Source: Paraspadella gotoi (lineage: Eukaryota > Animalia > Chaetognatha). Taken from it: DNA of 64,000 nt. The notes under the pieces are model-generated. The model saw only the letters and a list, made by a program, of their open reading frames with translations. It did not search any database and was not told the origin of the DNA. Positions 1 through 14,129 of this stretch are shown in pieces; the first letter of the stretch is position 1; every line of letters starts with the position of its first letter. The stretch is taken from assembly GCA_051294375.1 (NCBI GenBank), contig CM119270.1:5784771-5848770 (forward strand), in the 5' to 3' direction. Made by a program: the position numbers and the translations under genes.

Positions 1-786
1 TGGATAGGGGGGGAGAGAGAGTGAGTTCTGGAGCAAGAAGTAAGTCAAAGATGGTCGGGACTGTCGTCGCCTTTATTGTCTTTTTGATGGCAGGGAGATG
101 AGGGGCGATGGGAAGAGGGAGGCAGGGAGGCGGGGAGGATAAGTGGGGACGACCGGATCGGAATCGTGGCACGAGATGATGAAGAGGAGGAGGAGGAAGA
201 AGAAGAGGGGGAGGAGGAGGAAGAGAAACGAGAGCAGCAGCGTCCGTCGAAAGAAATTGCTATCGAACCCTAGCGGGAGAAAACGAGAAGCTTTTTTTTT
301 TCAACAAAAGAACAAAATCTTTCATCATCGAACTAATTTTACTAGATATTTATGATTTTTTTTTTTTAAATACGATCTGGTAACAAAATAAATGCTAGTG
401 GGAAGAAACAGTATTTATTTTTTTATTTATTTTTTTTATTATAAAATTCAGGGCACGAAATCCAAATTGGTGGGGTAATTAAGATTCATTTATACGAACA
501 ACACAATCGCCCAAATAATAAGAAAAATAGAACTATCGATCTATCCATCCATCCATCAATCAATCCCGCATTTAACGAAAAAGTGAATAACTTCGATAGG
601 GCTCGAAAAAAATTGTCAATTGTTTCCGAAGACCCAACCGTTTCTGAATTACGTTACGTAACGATAGCTAAAACTTTAAATACTTAGTGTGCGGTTTTTC
701 TTTATTAGTGTTACGCTTCTATGTTTAGAGTCATATTCTTACAACAGTATCTAGCGTATTTCTAATCTAAATTCACTTAATTATCA

Positions 787-792
787 TTATTA

Positions 793-876
<84 letters not shown>

Positions 877-881
877 ATTAA

Positions 882-979
<98 letters not shown>
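787..979. repeat. (ATT)n microsatellite
   Basis: Nearly pure trinucleotide run. Confidence 0.98.
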
Positions 980-980
<1 letters not shown>

Positions 981-1562
981 GACTCGAAACTAAAGTTGTC
1001 AACTCACAGAAAAATTCGAAGACGTTTGAGGTTTGAGGCGGAAAATCTTCCGTTTCGTCTGAAGGCCAATCGTGAAAACTTTTATTAAATAATAAATATA
1101 TAAATAAATATTATAAATATCTACTAAAATATCCCATTTTGCCCCCCTTTTGTTCGTTCTTCCCGGAATTTGATTTTAACCTCAATATTTAACGTAAATA
1201 ATTTTTTTAAACTTGTAAAACAATCCCTGACCCTAATCCCTAATTTTTACCCCTAAATACTAATCGCTAACCTCATTCTAAATTTAAGATAAAATGGGGC
1301 GGTCTGGGAAAAAAATGGCCGCCATATCTCTTTCCCACTCAGCCCCTCTGCCCTTTTGCTTTAAAAGCTCAGCTCAGCTGGAATACCTTTTCTAAATTTC
1401 TTTTCTCTATCGATTTACTTATCAGTTATGGCCTATGGGGTCCCCAACTTTTTATTACTTTTTTCTCTCTTTTCCATCCTTTAATTCTATTTGTATACTT
1501 TTCCTCTATATTTCATCCATTTATTTTTAATCACGAATTTCTTACGATTCTCTCCCTCTTTC

Positions 1563-1649
<87 letters not shown>

Positions 1650-1670
1650 GATTGTGCCGACGAGCCTTAC

Positions 1671-1934
1671 CCCTCTCCTTCTCCTCTCTTTCTCCTCTCC
1701 TTCGCCTCCCCAACCTAAAGACGACTTCCTACCCTTGACCTGTTTTCCTTCTCTTCTCTCGATCCTCCCCCCTACCTCCTCCCTCCCCTCCTTCCTCTCC
1801 CTCCTTTCTCTCCTCTCCCTCCCACCTGTGGGCGTTTCCTTCATCTTCTCCCTCTCCTCTTCCTCTTCCTCTCCCAACGATTCCTCGGAGGTCGAGAGTT
1901 CGCATCTCCTCATGCTTTCCAAAATACTTTCCAT
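1671..1934 (-). CDS. Possible first coding exon of an unidentified gene running off the left end
   Basis: AAACAATGG start context, E/R/G-rich reading MESILESMRRCELSTSEES..., and a GGG|GTAAGG donor. A candidate acceptor CGCTAG lies at ~271. No recognisable domain. Confidence 0.25.
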
Positions 1935-2328
1935 TGTTTATAAATCTGTTTTCTTTTGTTTCTTTGTTTCGTTGGTTTCGTTCGATTAATTGAATGTTGA
2001 ATTGTTGATTTTTTCCCGTCGATTTGTGAACGTGTTTAATGGAGCCACTTTTTAAACTAAAGAAGATATATTCCGTTGTTTTGAGAGCGTCGATACATCA
2101 GCATTGTCAATAGTTCATAGCATATTTCACAAATTTCAATTAGATTTTTTGCAGATTCCGGATTCTGAGTTTAGCTTAAGATGATCGCCTTTTGTTCCTC
2201 GAATTTAATTTAGTTTCATTTATAAGTTTAGTTAAATCCAATGATTTGCGAACACGTCGGGTTAACCCAAAGCCGTGGCGACAACTCTTTCATTTTTCGT
2301 ACATTTGAAATCTGAGAGATTGTGAGAC

Positions 2329-2417
<89 letters not shown>

Positions 2418-3654
2418 GAGCGACAAGTGGTTAACCGCTCGACGATTTGTCTCATTTTAACAAACGAGAATAGGCGAGAAAGAAGCTTGCTAAGCTTGCT
2501 TAGCAAGCAAGACGACCTCGTTGCAGTCGCACGCACGGACGCGTTTGTGACTTTCGCTCGGACGCTCTCCTGTCACCGATTCGTACAATTTTCGCTTTAA
2601 AACTCCTAAAATGTTTTAACTTAGTGAGAGATATATGAAATGCGAATCGGGAGAGAAAAAGTTAGTAGTTTTATACTGAATTTTTTGCTTTACCGCTATA
2701 TTTTGTTCGATTTAACATGCGTATTTAGTATCATGTAAACATATTTGCTTTGGATGTATCAATTTTTCAGCATACCACTCTGAGTCCAATCAAATATAAA
2801 ACAAACAAAATGGAAGCGTAAGTTTCCCTTTTTCGCTGGGGAAGAAATAAAAAAAAATCATTTAAAAAAAATGATTTTTTTTCTTTTAGAAGCTGAAATC
2901 TTTTGATAAAATTGGGAAATATTTTCTTTTTAAAATTAAAAAAAAAGAAAAATAAATTAAAATTTTGAAAAAAAAAGAAAACACTTAATAGTTTACATTT
3001 TCGTAAAGAGTATTCTCTAGTAATATGTATGACATAAAAAAGTAAGTACAAAAAAATAAAATCCTACGAAAAAATTCGGTTGTGGAAATTCGCCGGAAAA
3101 AAAAGAAATTCCAACAACGAGAAATATTTCTTTTTTTAAATTTTCAAGAGATGAGGAATTTTCATTTTAAAACCGACGAAAATTTGTATACTTTTTCAGA
3201 TAAAACTTAACCAAAACTTTTAAACATTTTTTTAAATAAATGTTTTGCATCATCGGTATGAAGGTAGTATAAGAATTATTCAACATGTCAATAGCCGATT
3301 GTCAATTCTATTTTGATAACAAAAAAAGGCAACGACGCAGGTTAAACCGTTTGGCGGTCGGAAAAAAAAACTTTGTAAGAAAATATTTCTGTTTTAAAAA
3401 TTCCACTTTTTCGTGATTTTTGTACTTTTTCCACTGTTTATATGTTGTACTACTTTTTTTCCTACCTTTTGAAGTCTTGAAAAGAAAAAAAAAACATTTC
3501 AAGAGCTCCTACTATTTCATTAAAAAAAAACAATGAGATTATAAAAAAATTAAAATAAGAAAAAGTCGATTGTACAGTTAGATTTTTGTCAGAATAAAAA
3601 AAATTCAAGAGGAAACTCTCAACAGAAAAAGAACTAAAAGTGAAGTCCCTTGAG

Positions 3655-3731
<77 letters not shown>

Positions 3732-4060
3732 AGCTCTAACTCTCTCTCGGTCTTCCTTTTACTCTCCATCAAGTAAAAATCCTTAACTACAAAAAAATAA
3801 AAAAAAAGTTGATACGAGTTGCGAGGGAAAAATAGGTGAAAAAAATTTCAAGAACATTGGATAAATAATCTTTTCTTTCGCGAAGGTAGACTATTTTTTG
3901 ACTAATTTCTATGGTAAATGACTTAATTAAATTCAATTTTCATAGTCACGAAAATAAAGAAAAATATGAGACCAGTATCAAAATAAAAAAAAATAACTGA
4001 TAAAACAATAAGTACATTTGAAATCTGAGAGAGTGTGAGCGTGCAGTAGAGAGACGCAGG

Positions 4061-4140
<80 letters not shown>

Positions 4141-4210
4141 GGAAGAGAGAGAAGAGAAAAGAAAGGGATAGAACAGGCATGAAAGAATATAACATAAACA
4201 TTAAACATCA

Positions 4211-4610
4211 AAGCCTGTCCAAAGTCAGGGCAAGATAGCTTATTTATTAATATATTGGTAATTTTTATATTGGGTTTTACCAATTTCATAAAATTCAGCT
4301 CCTTGTATTTTGATGCTAGTGCGGAGTACAATAAGTATTCCCCGATCTTAATACTAAAGGGAGTGGTCTTTTTATACAATTGAAACATCTTTGAAATATT
4401 TTCCACTTCATTGATAGGGAAGCCGGTACTCTGGGAGTATAAACGGACTGTGAGAGAGTCTTGATTGAAAGCTTGCAGGGACCTGCTATGTAATTATCTT
4501 GTAAGAGTGATGGAGGCCTTAAACCACCAAAGCCTGTCCAAAGTCAGGGGCAAGATAGCTTATTTATTAAATGAATGGATAATTTTTATATTGGTTGTAC
4601 AAAATTTCAG
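4211..4610. repeat. Dispersed repeat family with ~320-bp internal periodicity
   Basis: AAGCCTGTCCAAAGTCAGGG(G)CAAGATAGCTT at 4211 and ~4530. Segment 4348-4610 recurs at ~57891-58162, and a short piece at ~13860. Confidence 0.85.
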
Positions 4611-5307
4611 TATTCATATCTATAAATAGGATAACATCTCTAATACGATGCGAGCAAAATAGAAAAAGAAACGGTAACCTAAGGGTAGCATATTTTACTG
4701 TTAAGTTTTGCGCTTTATCGTAAACATATTAGTTTAAAAGAAAGTATCATTCGAAGCTCTAATTTTTTGGCTTTAACTTTTTTTCAAATTTTTATTCCCA
4801 AACGCTTTTTTGTTAAACGTATTGCGTATATAATATTTTATTAATAAAGTCTCGCGTCACAAACAAGTAGAATCAATTTGTGGTCGGTTTTTTTGAATTT
4901 TTAAAAATCACAATTCGCGGGTTTTTATTCGCTTTTTATTTATTTTATTTTCTTTTTCAATCATTGATTTAAAAGTCTTCTTTTTTGGTTTGTGCATTCG
5001 CGTCACGTAGACCCGTAATTTTTCTTGTCGCTTAAAAGAAAAAAATAATTTTTTCTAGATTTTTTTATTAGTACCTTTTTTTTTCATTGCGACCATACGA
5101 TTTAAACGACAATGACGACGACGACGACGACGACGACTCAGGAAAAGAAAACGATGACGAAGATATCTGTGGATTGTCTTTATCTCAAACTGAGTAATGT
5201 AAACAAATGTCACACGGGGATGCATTTAGAAAGAGAGATGAAGAGAAAAAAGGGTGGAAGCCAGAGCGAGAAGAATATATGAGATAGAGAGGAGAGAGAT
5301 AAGATAG

Positions 5308-5351
<44 letters not shown>

Positions 5352-5419
5352 ATGTTTTGATCACTTTTTTCTAAACCTCAGCGTTAATCTTAACATTCCG
5401 CCTCAGTTTTATTTCGTGT

Positions 5420-5504
<85 letters not shown>

Positions 5505-5886
5505 CTCTCTATCTCTCGCTTTTGATTTCGCCTCATCTTCAATATTAATCCTCAAGATAAGGCAACAGTAGTGATTCCCTCTCGAGTGAATTGAATATTG
5601 TATAAAAATACCCAGAGAGAGAGAAAGAGAGAAATGGAGAGAGAATTAGAGAAAGAGAGGGAGAGTGTGTGTGTGTGTGTGTGTGAGTGTGTGTTTGTGA
5701 GAGAGAGAGAGGAAGAGAAGAGAGAGAAGAGAGAGGAGAGATGAGAGAGAGAGAGGAGAGAGAAGAAGAGAGAGAGAGAGAGAGAGGAAAGACGAGAGAG
5801 AGAAGAGAGAGAGAGAGAAGAGAGAGAGAGAAGAGAAGAGAAGAGAGAGAATAGGAGAGAGAGAGAGACGAAGAGGAGAGAGAGAG

Positions 5887-5924
<38 letters not shown>

Positions 5925-6049
5925 TTGAAAAAACAAAGTCGGAACTGGCCACGATCATTAGCGGATTAATTATTAAATTAATTAATTTGTTCCAAAATGT
6001 TTGATTTCAGGTATTTTTATCACTGAACACGACAAACGTATTCATTTAA

Positions 6050-6450
6050 ACTCATTTCCGCTCAGACGATTCCTTCGCAACTTGATTTCCAGCTTAATCA
6101 CACACTTTCCAACCCACTTACAAAATTTACGGTCAATTGCCCCATCCACTTATGAGTAATTGGCGTTCAAATAGTGAAATATATATTTTTTTGTTTTTTC
6201 CATTTAAACTTTTTTCTACTCGTACGATTCCATCGAAACTTCATATCCAGCTCAATCACACACTTCCCCACTCACACACAAAGTTTCATTTTGATCCAAC
6301 CATCTAATCATGAGTAATTTGAGTTTTTTGCTAAGGTGGGGCGGACGGACGGACAGACAGACAGACAGACAGACAGCCAAACGGACGGACGGACAGACGG
6401 ACGGACGGACGGACGGACTAAAAAAGAAAAAAATATATCTATATCCCTTT
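6050..6450. mobile_element. Helentron/DINE-1-like non-autonomous element relic
   Basis: Two ~160-bp degenerate tandem units (CGATTCC..AACTT..CCAGCT.AATCACACACTT at ~6068 and ~6225), then a (GGAC/AGAC)n tetranucleotide tract at 6343-6418. This is the layout typical of DINE-1-like elements. Termini not resolved. Confidence 0.4.
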
Positions 6451-6947
6451 ATGACAAACAAGAACTTATTCCAGACAGAAGTAATGGTATCTTCATTAAA
6501 AGAGTGTATTAGTGTCAAAAAGAGACAAAAAAATAATAAAATATAAAATTTTGCCGGAGTATAAATCAAAGATAAAGATAAATATCCAAAATTTCAAATT
6601 GGCAAATATTATTTTCGTAACGTTTCCGCCAGGACGGATCCCACATAAAATCAAGATTTACTCTTTTGTTAACATCTTTTACTTCGTTACTTTTTTTCTT
6701 TCGTTCAGCACAATCCATACGTATAATTTTTTTGTGAGGTGATTTGTTACACCTGTCAAATAATGTCAACAAAAAAAAAAGAGACTAATGATAGTTTATG
6801 ACTGAAATAAAAAGCAATTAATCGCGACGCCTCCGAATGGCACCGTGGGGGGCGATGACGCTCTTCTCATAAAAAGAAAGAGAACATCCCACTTCAAATA
6901 ATTTACATAGGACAGAGAGAGAGACAGAGGAGAGAGAGTAGAGAGCC

Positions 6948-6982
<35 letters not shown>

Positions 6983-8899
6983 CAAAGAAAAAAGGCGAAA
7001 AGGTCACAGACAAAAGTACAAAGCACTGTGATTTACATTTCTTTTCATATTAAGAAATTCAGTTTAAAAATATTTGCAGCATATGTATAAATTATTACAA
7101 GCGTTAAACAAATGTTATTTTCTACTTCATTATGTTTTTTTTTTAAATTATCCGTCTCTGAGCTTATATTGAATTCACATGTAACTGTTGGTTTGGTTAA
7201 AAGAAAAATTTTTATCTTCATGTATATTTTTCGGTTTTTTTTTAATCAAAACTACTTCCAACTCATTTTTTTAACCACAGTACTCTTATGTTTGTAGTAT
7301 ATCAGAAGTAATTCGGTAAGTTAAGTGGTTAGTGGTTAGTGAGTGAAAGATTTTGCGCGTGAAAAGCGAATAAAGTGACAAAAAAAAACAACAAACTGGT
7401 TTTTACCTTCGCGGATAAAAAAAAATTGAAAAACAAAGAAAATTCTAAATTCAGAAAAAAAGAAACGAATTTATCGACGACAACGATTTATTCCTTTCGC
7501 TGGACAATCGTAGACAATAATGAAAAAAAATGAAAGAAAGAAACGAGAAACGAGAAAAAAAGGAAAAAATAGAAAAACTCGAATGCCGAAGAAAACCTGT
7601 ATATCCGGTTTCAGTATCGACATCGGCATGGTGGGTGGATCGAAACCGGTACGAATCGTATAATTGGGTCGTGATACGAATCGATTATCACCGGTCGATG
7701 TGAAATTCCGACGCCGACGTGTGACAATGATGTTTGGCCGCTTCGCATCGAAGAATAAAAATATAATATGATGCTTTCACAGATATAAAGANNNNNNNNN
7801 NATCGATTATCACCGGTGGATGTGAAATTCTGACGCCGACGTGTGACAAAGATGTTTGGCCGCTTCGCATCGAAGAATAAAAATACAATATGATGCTTTC
7901 ACAGATATAAAGAAATAAAGAAAGAAAAAAAATTACAAAAAAATGGGGAACAGCTGGGAAAAAAAACGAGTTTTAATATTCCAAAACCTTTTCAACGACA
8001 TACCTTATATGCCTCCCTCCCCGCGGTAGCAGATGTCGTACAAACTCACAGATGCCGTACATATCTTTGGATGCCCTACACATTCACAGTTGCCATGCGT
8101 CCTCAGTCAATCACAGATGACTTGCACACATAAACTTTCCATTCACACTCGAATGACTCCACGACATTTACTCTTACCCACATAAAAAGAGGCCCTTCCT
8201 ACTGTCACAAATATAACTTCGCCCATGAGTGACCACACGCATTTGTCTCTCCCACACCCACAGACCTCTCCTCCCCCACACACTTCACCCCACACCCCCA
8301 AATGACCCCCCAAGGTTCTCTCGATCTGGTTTTTCTACTTTTTTCATAATCGTCCATTTTTATTCATGAAATGCGAAGTCACGCGTCTCAACTCGATCGA
8401 CTCTTTGTTGTCGTCGTCGTCGTCGTCGTCGTCGAGCGTCGTCGTTTTTGTTGTTGTTTTCTGGAAAAAAAATTTCCAACAACGGTTTTTGGAGTTTCAT
8501 AGAATTTAGAGTTTTTTTATTATTTTTTTATTTTTTTGTTTCTTGTGTTTTTCTTTTTTGGTTGTTGCAGTTAGTTCGAGTTTGATAGGAAAAGTGGATT
8601 TAGATAAATTTAGATAAATTGATCATATCTTGTGTAAGATCCACGTGTTTTAGATAAACTATTTGTAGTATCTATATATATACTTTTTTTTTAGAAAGGC
8701 GAGACGTTTTTATTTTGTTGTTCTGTCCGAAACCACTAATTACTTACGAATTAGTTTTTAGTTTTATTCTTTCCTCAATTTTATAATTTTTAGTAATAAT
8801 TATCCAAGACATAATTATTTGAGCAGTTGTGATATAAATCCTTTCTTTTTCGTTGTTTGAAGTGAGTAAAGAAAGTTTGATTTGGAGTGTGACAACGAT

Positions 8900-8965
8900 T
8901 GGTTTTATTAATTCAAAAGAGACATGTTTCGGCTTTACTTTCAAGCCTTCATCAGCAGTTAAAAA
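8900..8965 (-). ncRNA. Minimal type I hammerhead-ribozyme-like motif (Penelope-like element relic)
   Basis: Minus strand CTGATGA-A-GGCTT-gaaagta-AAGCC-GAAA-CATGTC (8955-8921), palindromic ACATGT stem III, GUC triplet, AATAAA just downstream. Stem I is poorly paired. Confidence 0.6.
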
Positions 8966-9544
8966 AGCTATGTAGTACCGTTTGATGCGTTGCTTAAAAA
9001 TCAACCGATAGCGAATTTGAAGTGGAGAGTAAAAAAATAAAAATAGATAAACTAATAGGCGTCATTAACTGTCAATGAATTTGGATCCAACTCCGCGTAT
9101 AAACATCGCTTCGCCACTCGGAGCGCGATGTCTCGTTGGCGAGGACAACGAGACAACAACGACGACAACGACGACAACGACGACAACGAAAGCGACTCAG
9201 TTTTCTAGAGACTATTTCACGTTCGCCATTTCCGATGACGTCGCTCTCTCGATGACGACGACGACGTGTAGACGTCACGTGATGAGGGAGATTTACTTCT
9301 CACATTAACTTATTAACTTATTATCGGATGATTATTGTTAATGAGAAAGGTTAACGGGCAGACAATGATTTTCATGGAATCGGAATAGACTTTAACATTA
9401 TGTTTAATTTTTTAATTTTTGCTCTTGATAATGAAGCCGAGTCGCAGACATCGTCGAATTCATTGCCAACGAAGATGATGATGATTATGATAAAGAGGAT
9501 GATTACAACTGGAGATGATATTGAATTCTTTCCGAGGGGGGCGG

Positions 9545-9665
9545 ACGATGACAACGATGACGACGATGACGAAGATGATGAAGATGAGGAAGATGACGAC
9601 GATGACGAAGATGACGTAGATGACGACGATGACGAAGATGACGACGATGACGAAGAAGACGATCG
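9545..9665. repeat. (GAY/GAA)n trinucleotide tract
   Basis: GACGATGAA-type repeats, one of many (GAC)n tracts in the window. Confidence 0.9.
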
Positions 9666-9784
9666 GTGATTATGGTGATGATGACGTGATCAAAGATCAA
9701 TGATCAAAGACGTGAGCGATTTAGTTTTTGAATATGGAATCATATTCCTTATTTCCTGTGACGTCGATGATGAAAGAAAAACCA

Positions 9785-9819
<35 letters not shown>

Positions 9820-10289
9820 AGAAATAAACGGCGGGAAAGACGACGATAGTGACAAAACGGATGACAGAGCATTTTGTCGTGGCTTTGTCAATAAAACGAT
9901 TTTTAGAGATTCTATTTGTCATCGATAAATAGATGAGCATCTTTTTTAGTTTTTTCCTTAAATCAATTTCTTTTCAAAAGTAAAGGTATGTATAAAATAT
10001 AATACTAAACAATTGTGAATACATATATTTCAGAATTTTTTTTTTCCTTTACACACATCACAAAAAAATCTTATCATTAATCAACATTATCATAATAAAA
10101 AACGACATTTAATTTCAATCAACAAAAACACACAAAAGACAAATGCGACACAGAATTAAATTGAAAGGGAATGGAATAGGACGAGTAAGCATGATGTAAA
10201 TAACGAAATTATGTAGTTTGTACTCACACCAATGGAGTTCCGACGCTTTGTCGCTTTGACCTGAAAAAAATATAAGATCATTAATTCTT

Positions 10290-10332
<43 letters not shown>

Positions 10333-12696
10333 TGTCAAAGATGGAATTGAGCCTAATCTTGTTTTTCCTTGAGTTCGACTCGAACCTTCTGCACAAATAA
10401 TAGGCGAATCAAAACTTTGCTTAAAATCGTTCAATCACAAAAAATCATAAATGAATAAAATTATTTAAACCTGGAACTTTCTATTAATTTCGTTATTACG
10501 TTATAAAAACTCTCCTAATATTTTTGGGCATCATTGTTATTTAATTCCGAGAGATGTCTCGACCGTTCGGAACTTCCGCCCGTTTATCGGAAACAAAAGA
10601 CAAGCGGAATGTATTAGGGATGAGCATTGATTCGTCAAATGTTTGCTCACCTGTGGGTACCTCAGCCTTCTTTTTCTTCAACAGAGTGGAGATGGCCGAC
10701 ATGATGTTCGGATAAGTTTGTAAACTCTTCTCAGTTTGTTTATGTTTTAATTATTATTTGGCGTGCTCCCTCCTTTTTTTGTTTTGTTTATTTTTTTTTA
10801 AATATTTTTCGTTGTTACTATTTTTCTTTCCCTATTTTTGTCAACTCCGCGAGTTATTATCTCCGTCTCTCTCTCTCTCTCTCTCACACACACTCTCTCT
10901 TTTCCCCCACTTCGTAGCCTTGGAGTTTAATGTCTTTCAATCGCCCTCACTCTCTCTCTATCTCGCTCGCTCGAGTCGGCGTAGTATTTTCTCCCGAGTC
11001 GCTTATCATTTATTTGATTTTTTTGTGTTTAGTTTATCCCTTGTTTATCTTTTATTTATCCTTCACGCGTCATTACTCCTCGCTCGGCGTCGGCCATTTT
11101 GAGGACTTGGATGAGGACGACGAGGAGGAAGAGAACGACGACGACGACGACGATGGAAACGAAGAGTTTGACAACGACGACGAAGGCGGCCTGCGTGAAA
11201 TGAATAAGAGATGTTTTAGGAATCGAGAATGATTAGTAATGGGGAGGGTCAACAGCGATATGGACAATTTGCAATAAATTACGATAGAGTTTAGAATTAA
11301 GAGTTAACAATTTTTTTTTCTTTTAAAAATCACTATTAAGATAGAGTGCCTTGGCTATATAACGTATAGTTTATAAAGTTACAAGCTCGTAAACGATGAG
11401 CAATTCCTTTTTTTCTCAGCTGTGATCTTGACGTAGTAAACAACGATGAAAAATTTAAAAATTTAAAAATAATAGCTATAAATTTTTTTTTAGATTCTCC
11501 CCAGATGTGTCTTTCAATTAAGTAATAAACTACTTTTTTCAATATACTTATAACTTTTATCGAATGCTAAATTTGAGGCGATATATCTGTTTATCTCATA
11601 GGAACCGCCATGACGAAGGTTCCATCGCGTTTAATTTTTTATCTCTGACGTCACATTTCTTATTCTTGTGATATTGTCGTCACTTAGTCATTTTTTATCT
11701 GTTATGTAAAGATACGATCTCAACGAAGAAAAATGGGAAAACTAAAAAAAGTGTTAAGATAGTAAGATAGTTGGATAGTAAGATAGTTAAGATAGTATAC
11801 TATCTTAACATTTTAGCCTACGAGTAGGCTCATTGTTGGCGGATGAAGTTCGTTATGATTTCGGCGAAGGTTGACAAAATTTGTAAAAGTAAAGTCGAGT
11901 GGGCGTTTACCTCGAAAGTCGATTGCGAAAAATGTCACGAAAAATGAGGAAAAATAACCCCCTTTTTAAAAAAGATTTGAGAGAAAGAGAGAAAGAGAGA
12001 AAGAGAGAGAGTACAGAGAGTACAGAGAGTACAGAACGAGCGAAAACGTGAAATTATTTAATTACGATTTCTGAGGGCGACCTTTTTTTCTTTCTTTTTT
12101 TTTTTCTTCTTGTCAAATTGTCGATCAAAAAAATGTGAATGACATACGACCGAACGAAGGGGAAAAAATATGAAGGACAAAAGTGGGACAAGCTGGGAAC
12201 GTACAATTACGTTATTTATCATTTAGAAGAATTTTAAGTCTTTTTTACGTATTTGGAATATTATTTCGCTTCGTTTTTTTTATTTTAGGCAGATGCGGAG
12301 ATGACGGGCCGTTTGAAGAAAACGTGCTTTTCGACTTTTTAAGCTTTTAGACTTTAGCGACGAAACGACAGACAACTTTTGTAAACACGGTTGTCATTTT
12401 CAACTCCTACGGGGCGCGGTGGTTCGCCAGGCTCTCGAATAAACAACTGTTCCCCGCGTCGGACCGAGGGGGATATTTCGGGAGCCCGAGGTCGGCACAT
12501 TGTAGATCAATATGGCGCCTCGTCGATGATTCGAGACTCGAACGCGAAAACCTGGAGTATCTGAGGTTGAAAGAAATGGGAAGAAAGGGAAGAAGTTAGA
12601 GATGAGAAATGGAAAAAAAAAAGAATAAGGAAAGAAAGAAAATAAGGATAAAAGTTTAACTTTAAAGTAAGAGGGTGAAGAAAAAGAGAATATATT

Positions 12697-12947
12697 GTGG
12701 CGGTATATTCACACCGCCTCACGTCCACCATCCTTCAGCCAAATCCATTGGCTCAGAGGGGGAACACACCATCCCAGGCGTAGTGTTCCATCCACAGTCC
12801 TAACGACTTCCCTCTGCGTTGGCAAAGCGAGACCGTCCTAGGGTAACCGCGCCAGTGACTGGAGGCGTCACTGAGGGTCGGAAGCCCCCAAAGCCAACAG
12901 TGAGATGCCCCATCCCAATGGGCATCACAGGCAACCCGGCTGTTGCC
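12697..12947 (-). other. GC-rich, densely base-paired island (candidate structured RNA or retroelement UTR)
   Basis: Eight or more nested or adjacent stems in 250 nt, with G-U extensions on the minus strand. Confidence 0.5.
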
Positions 12948-13989
12948 ATAATATAATATTATATATAATAAATCGTTAAAACAAATGTAAAAGAATTCAT
13001 TCGGATGGAAAGATAGGAAAATGGTCGATGAAATATTGAGATAAATATATAAACTGAAATTCGTAGATGATAAAACATTATTTACAAAAAAAAACGTTGA
13101 TTGTTCGACGCCGGTTACGATTTCCACTTATAAAGAATTGAAGTTTTCTAAAGGCTAGAATTGTAATCGCGAATCATTATCCACCACTCCTTTAATTTTG
13201 GAGGCTAAAGGTGGAAAATACCTGTTGCTTTAATTATTATATGATTAAATACAATCAAAATTAATATAAATTAATATAAATTAACTTAAAATGTTTTGCT
13301 TGTGCGTTTCAAAAAAAAAAAAATTTAAATAACTGGATGAATAAAATATTTTACTTTCAAACCGCGAGATTAAAAGAAAAAAGAAACAATATAATTGAAA
13401 ACAAATTCGGTCGATTAATCATTAAAAAATAAAGGAACCAAACGACTGTAGAACAAATGTCAATTTGCGATGAAGCGGAACACAGAATGAACATGGAAAA
13501 AGTCTTTCATTAAATTATTAATATTATAGTTTTAAATTTAAATAAAGTTTTTTTTTTCTGGTTAAAATCCGAGTCACGCACTTCTTCGTCATCCGAGGCC
13601 AAAAAATCCTCCAAACTGAGAAGAGATTTCCCTTTTGTTTGCAATCGACGCGATAAGCGATCGAAAAAAAAATCGATCTTTAAGGTCGGTTTAAGTTTCG
13701 TTGGGTTTGGTTAGTTTAGGGATAACGAGTTAAACGATTATTTAAATGCTCCTTTGGATTCGCGATCGAGTGTCTATTTGTCTCAGTGGTCTTAGTGGTC
13801 AAACAAATGTAGCAGCGGGCAAAGAAACCACAGTGGCGTGGTAACTGTGGAAAACTAACATAATTTTTATATTGGTTGTAGCAATTTCATAATTAACATA
13901 AACTAGTAATTTTGCAACTTTCGTAACAAGGTTAATTTGCAAATTTTCATATATATGGCTTTTTTATTTTGAGGAAAGAGAGAGAGAGA

Positions 13990-14080
<91 letters not shown>

Positions 14081-14098
14081 AAGAGAGTGAGAGAGAGA

Positions 14099-14129
<31 letters not shown>

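Noticed and set aside
1225-1280. Telomere-like CCCTAA motifs
   Set aside because: Few and highly degenerate, not a telomeric array.
7684-7912. ~110-bp direct repeat
   Set aside because: The copies flank a 10-N gap, which indicates contig overlap. The same applies to 50294-50570.
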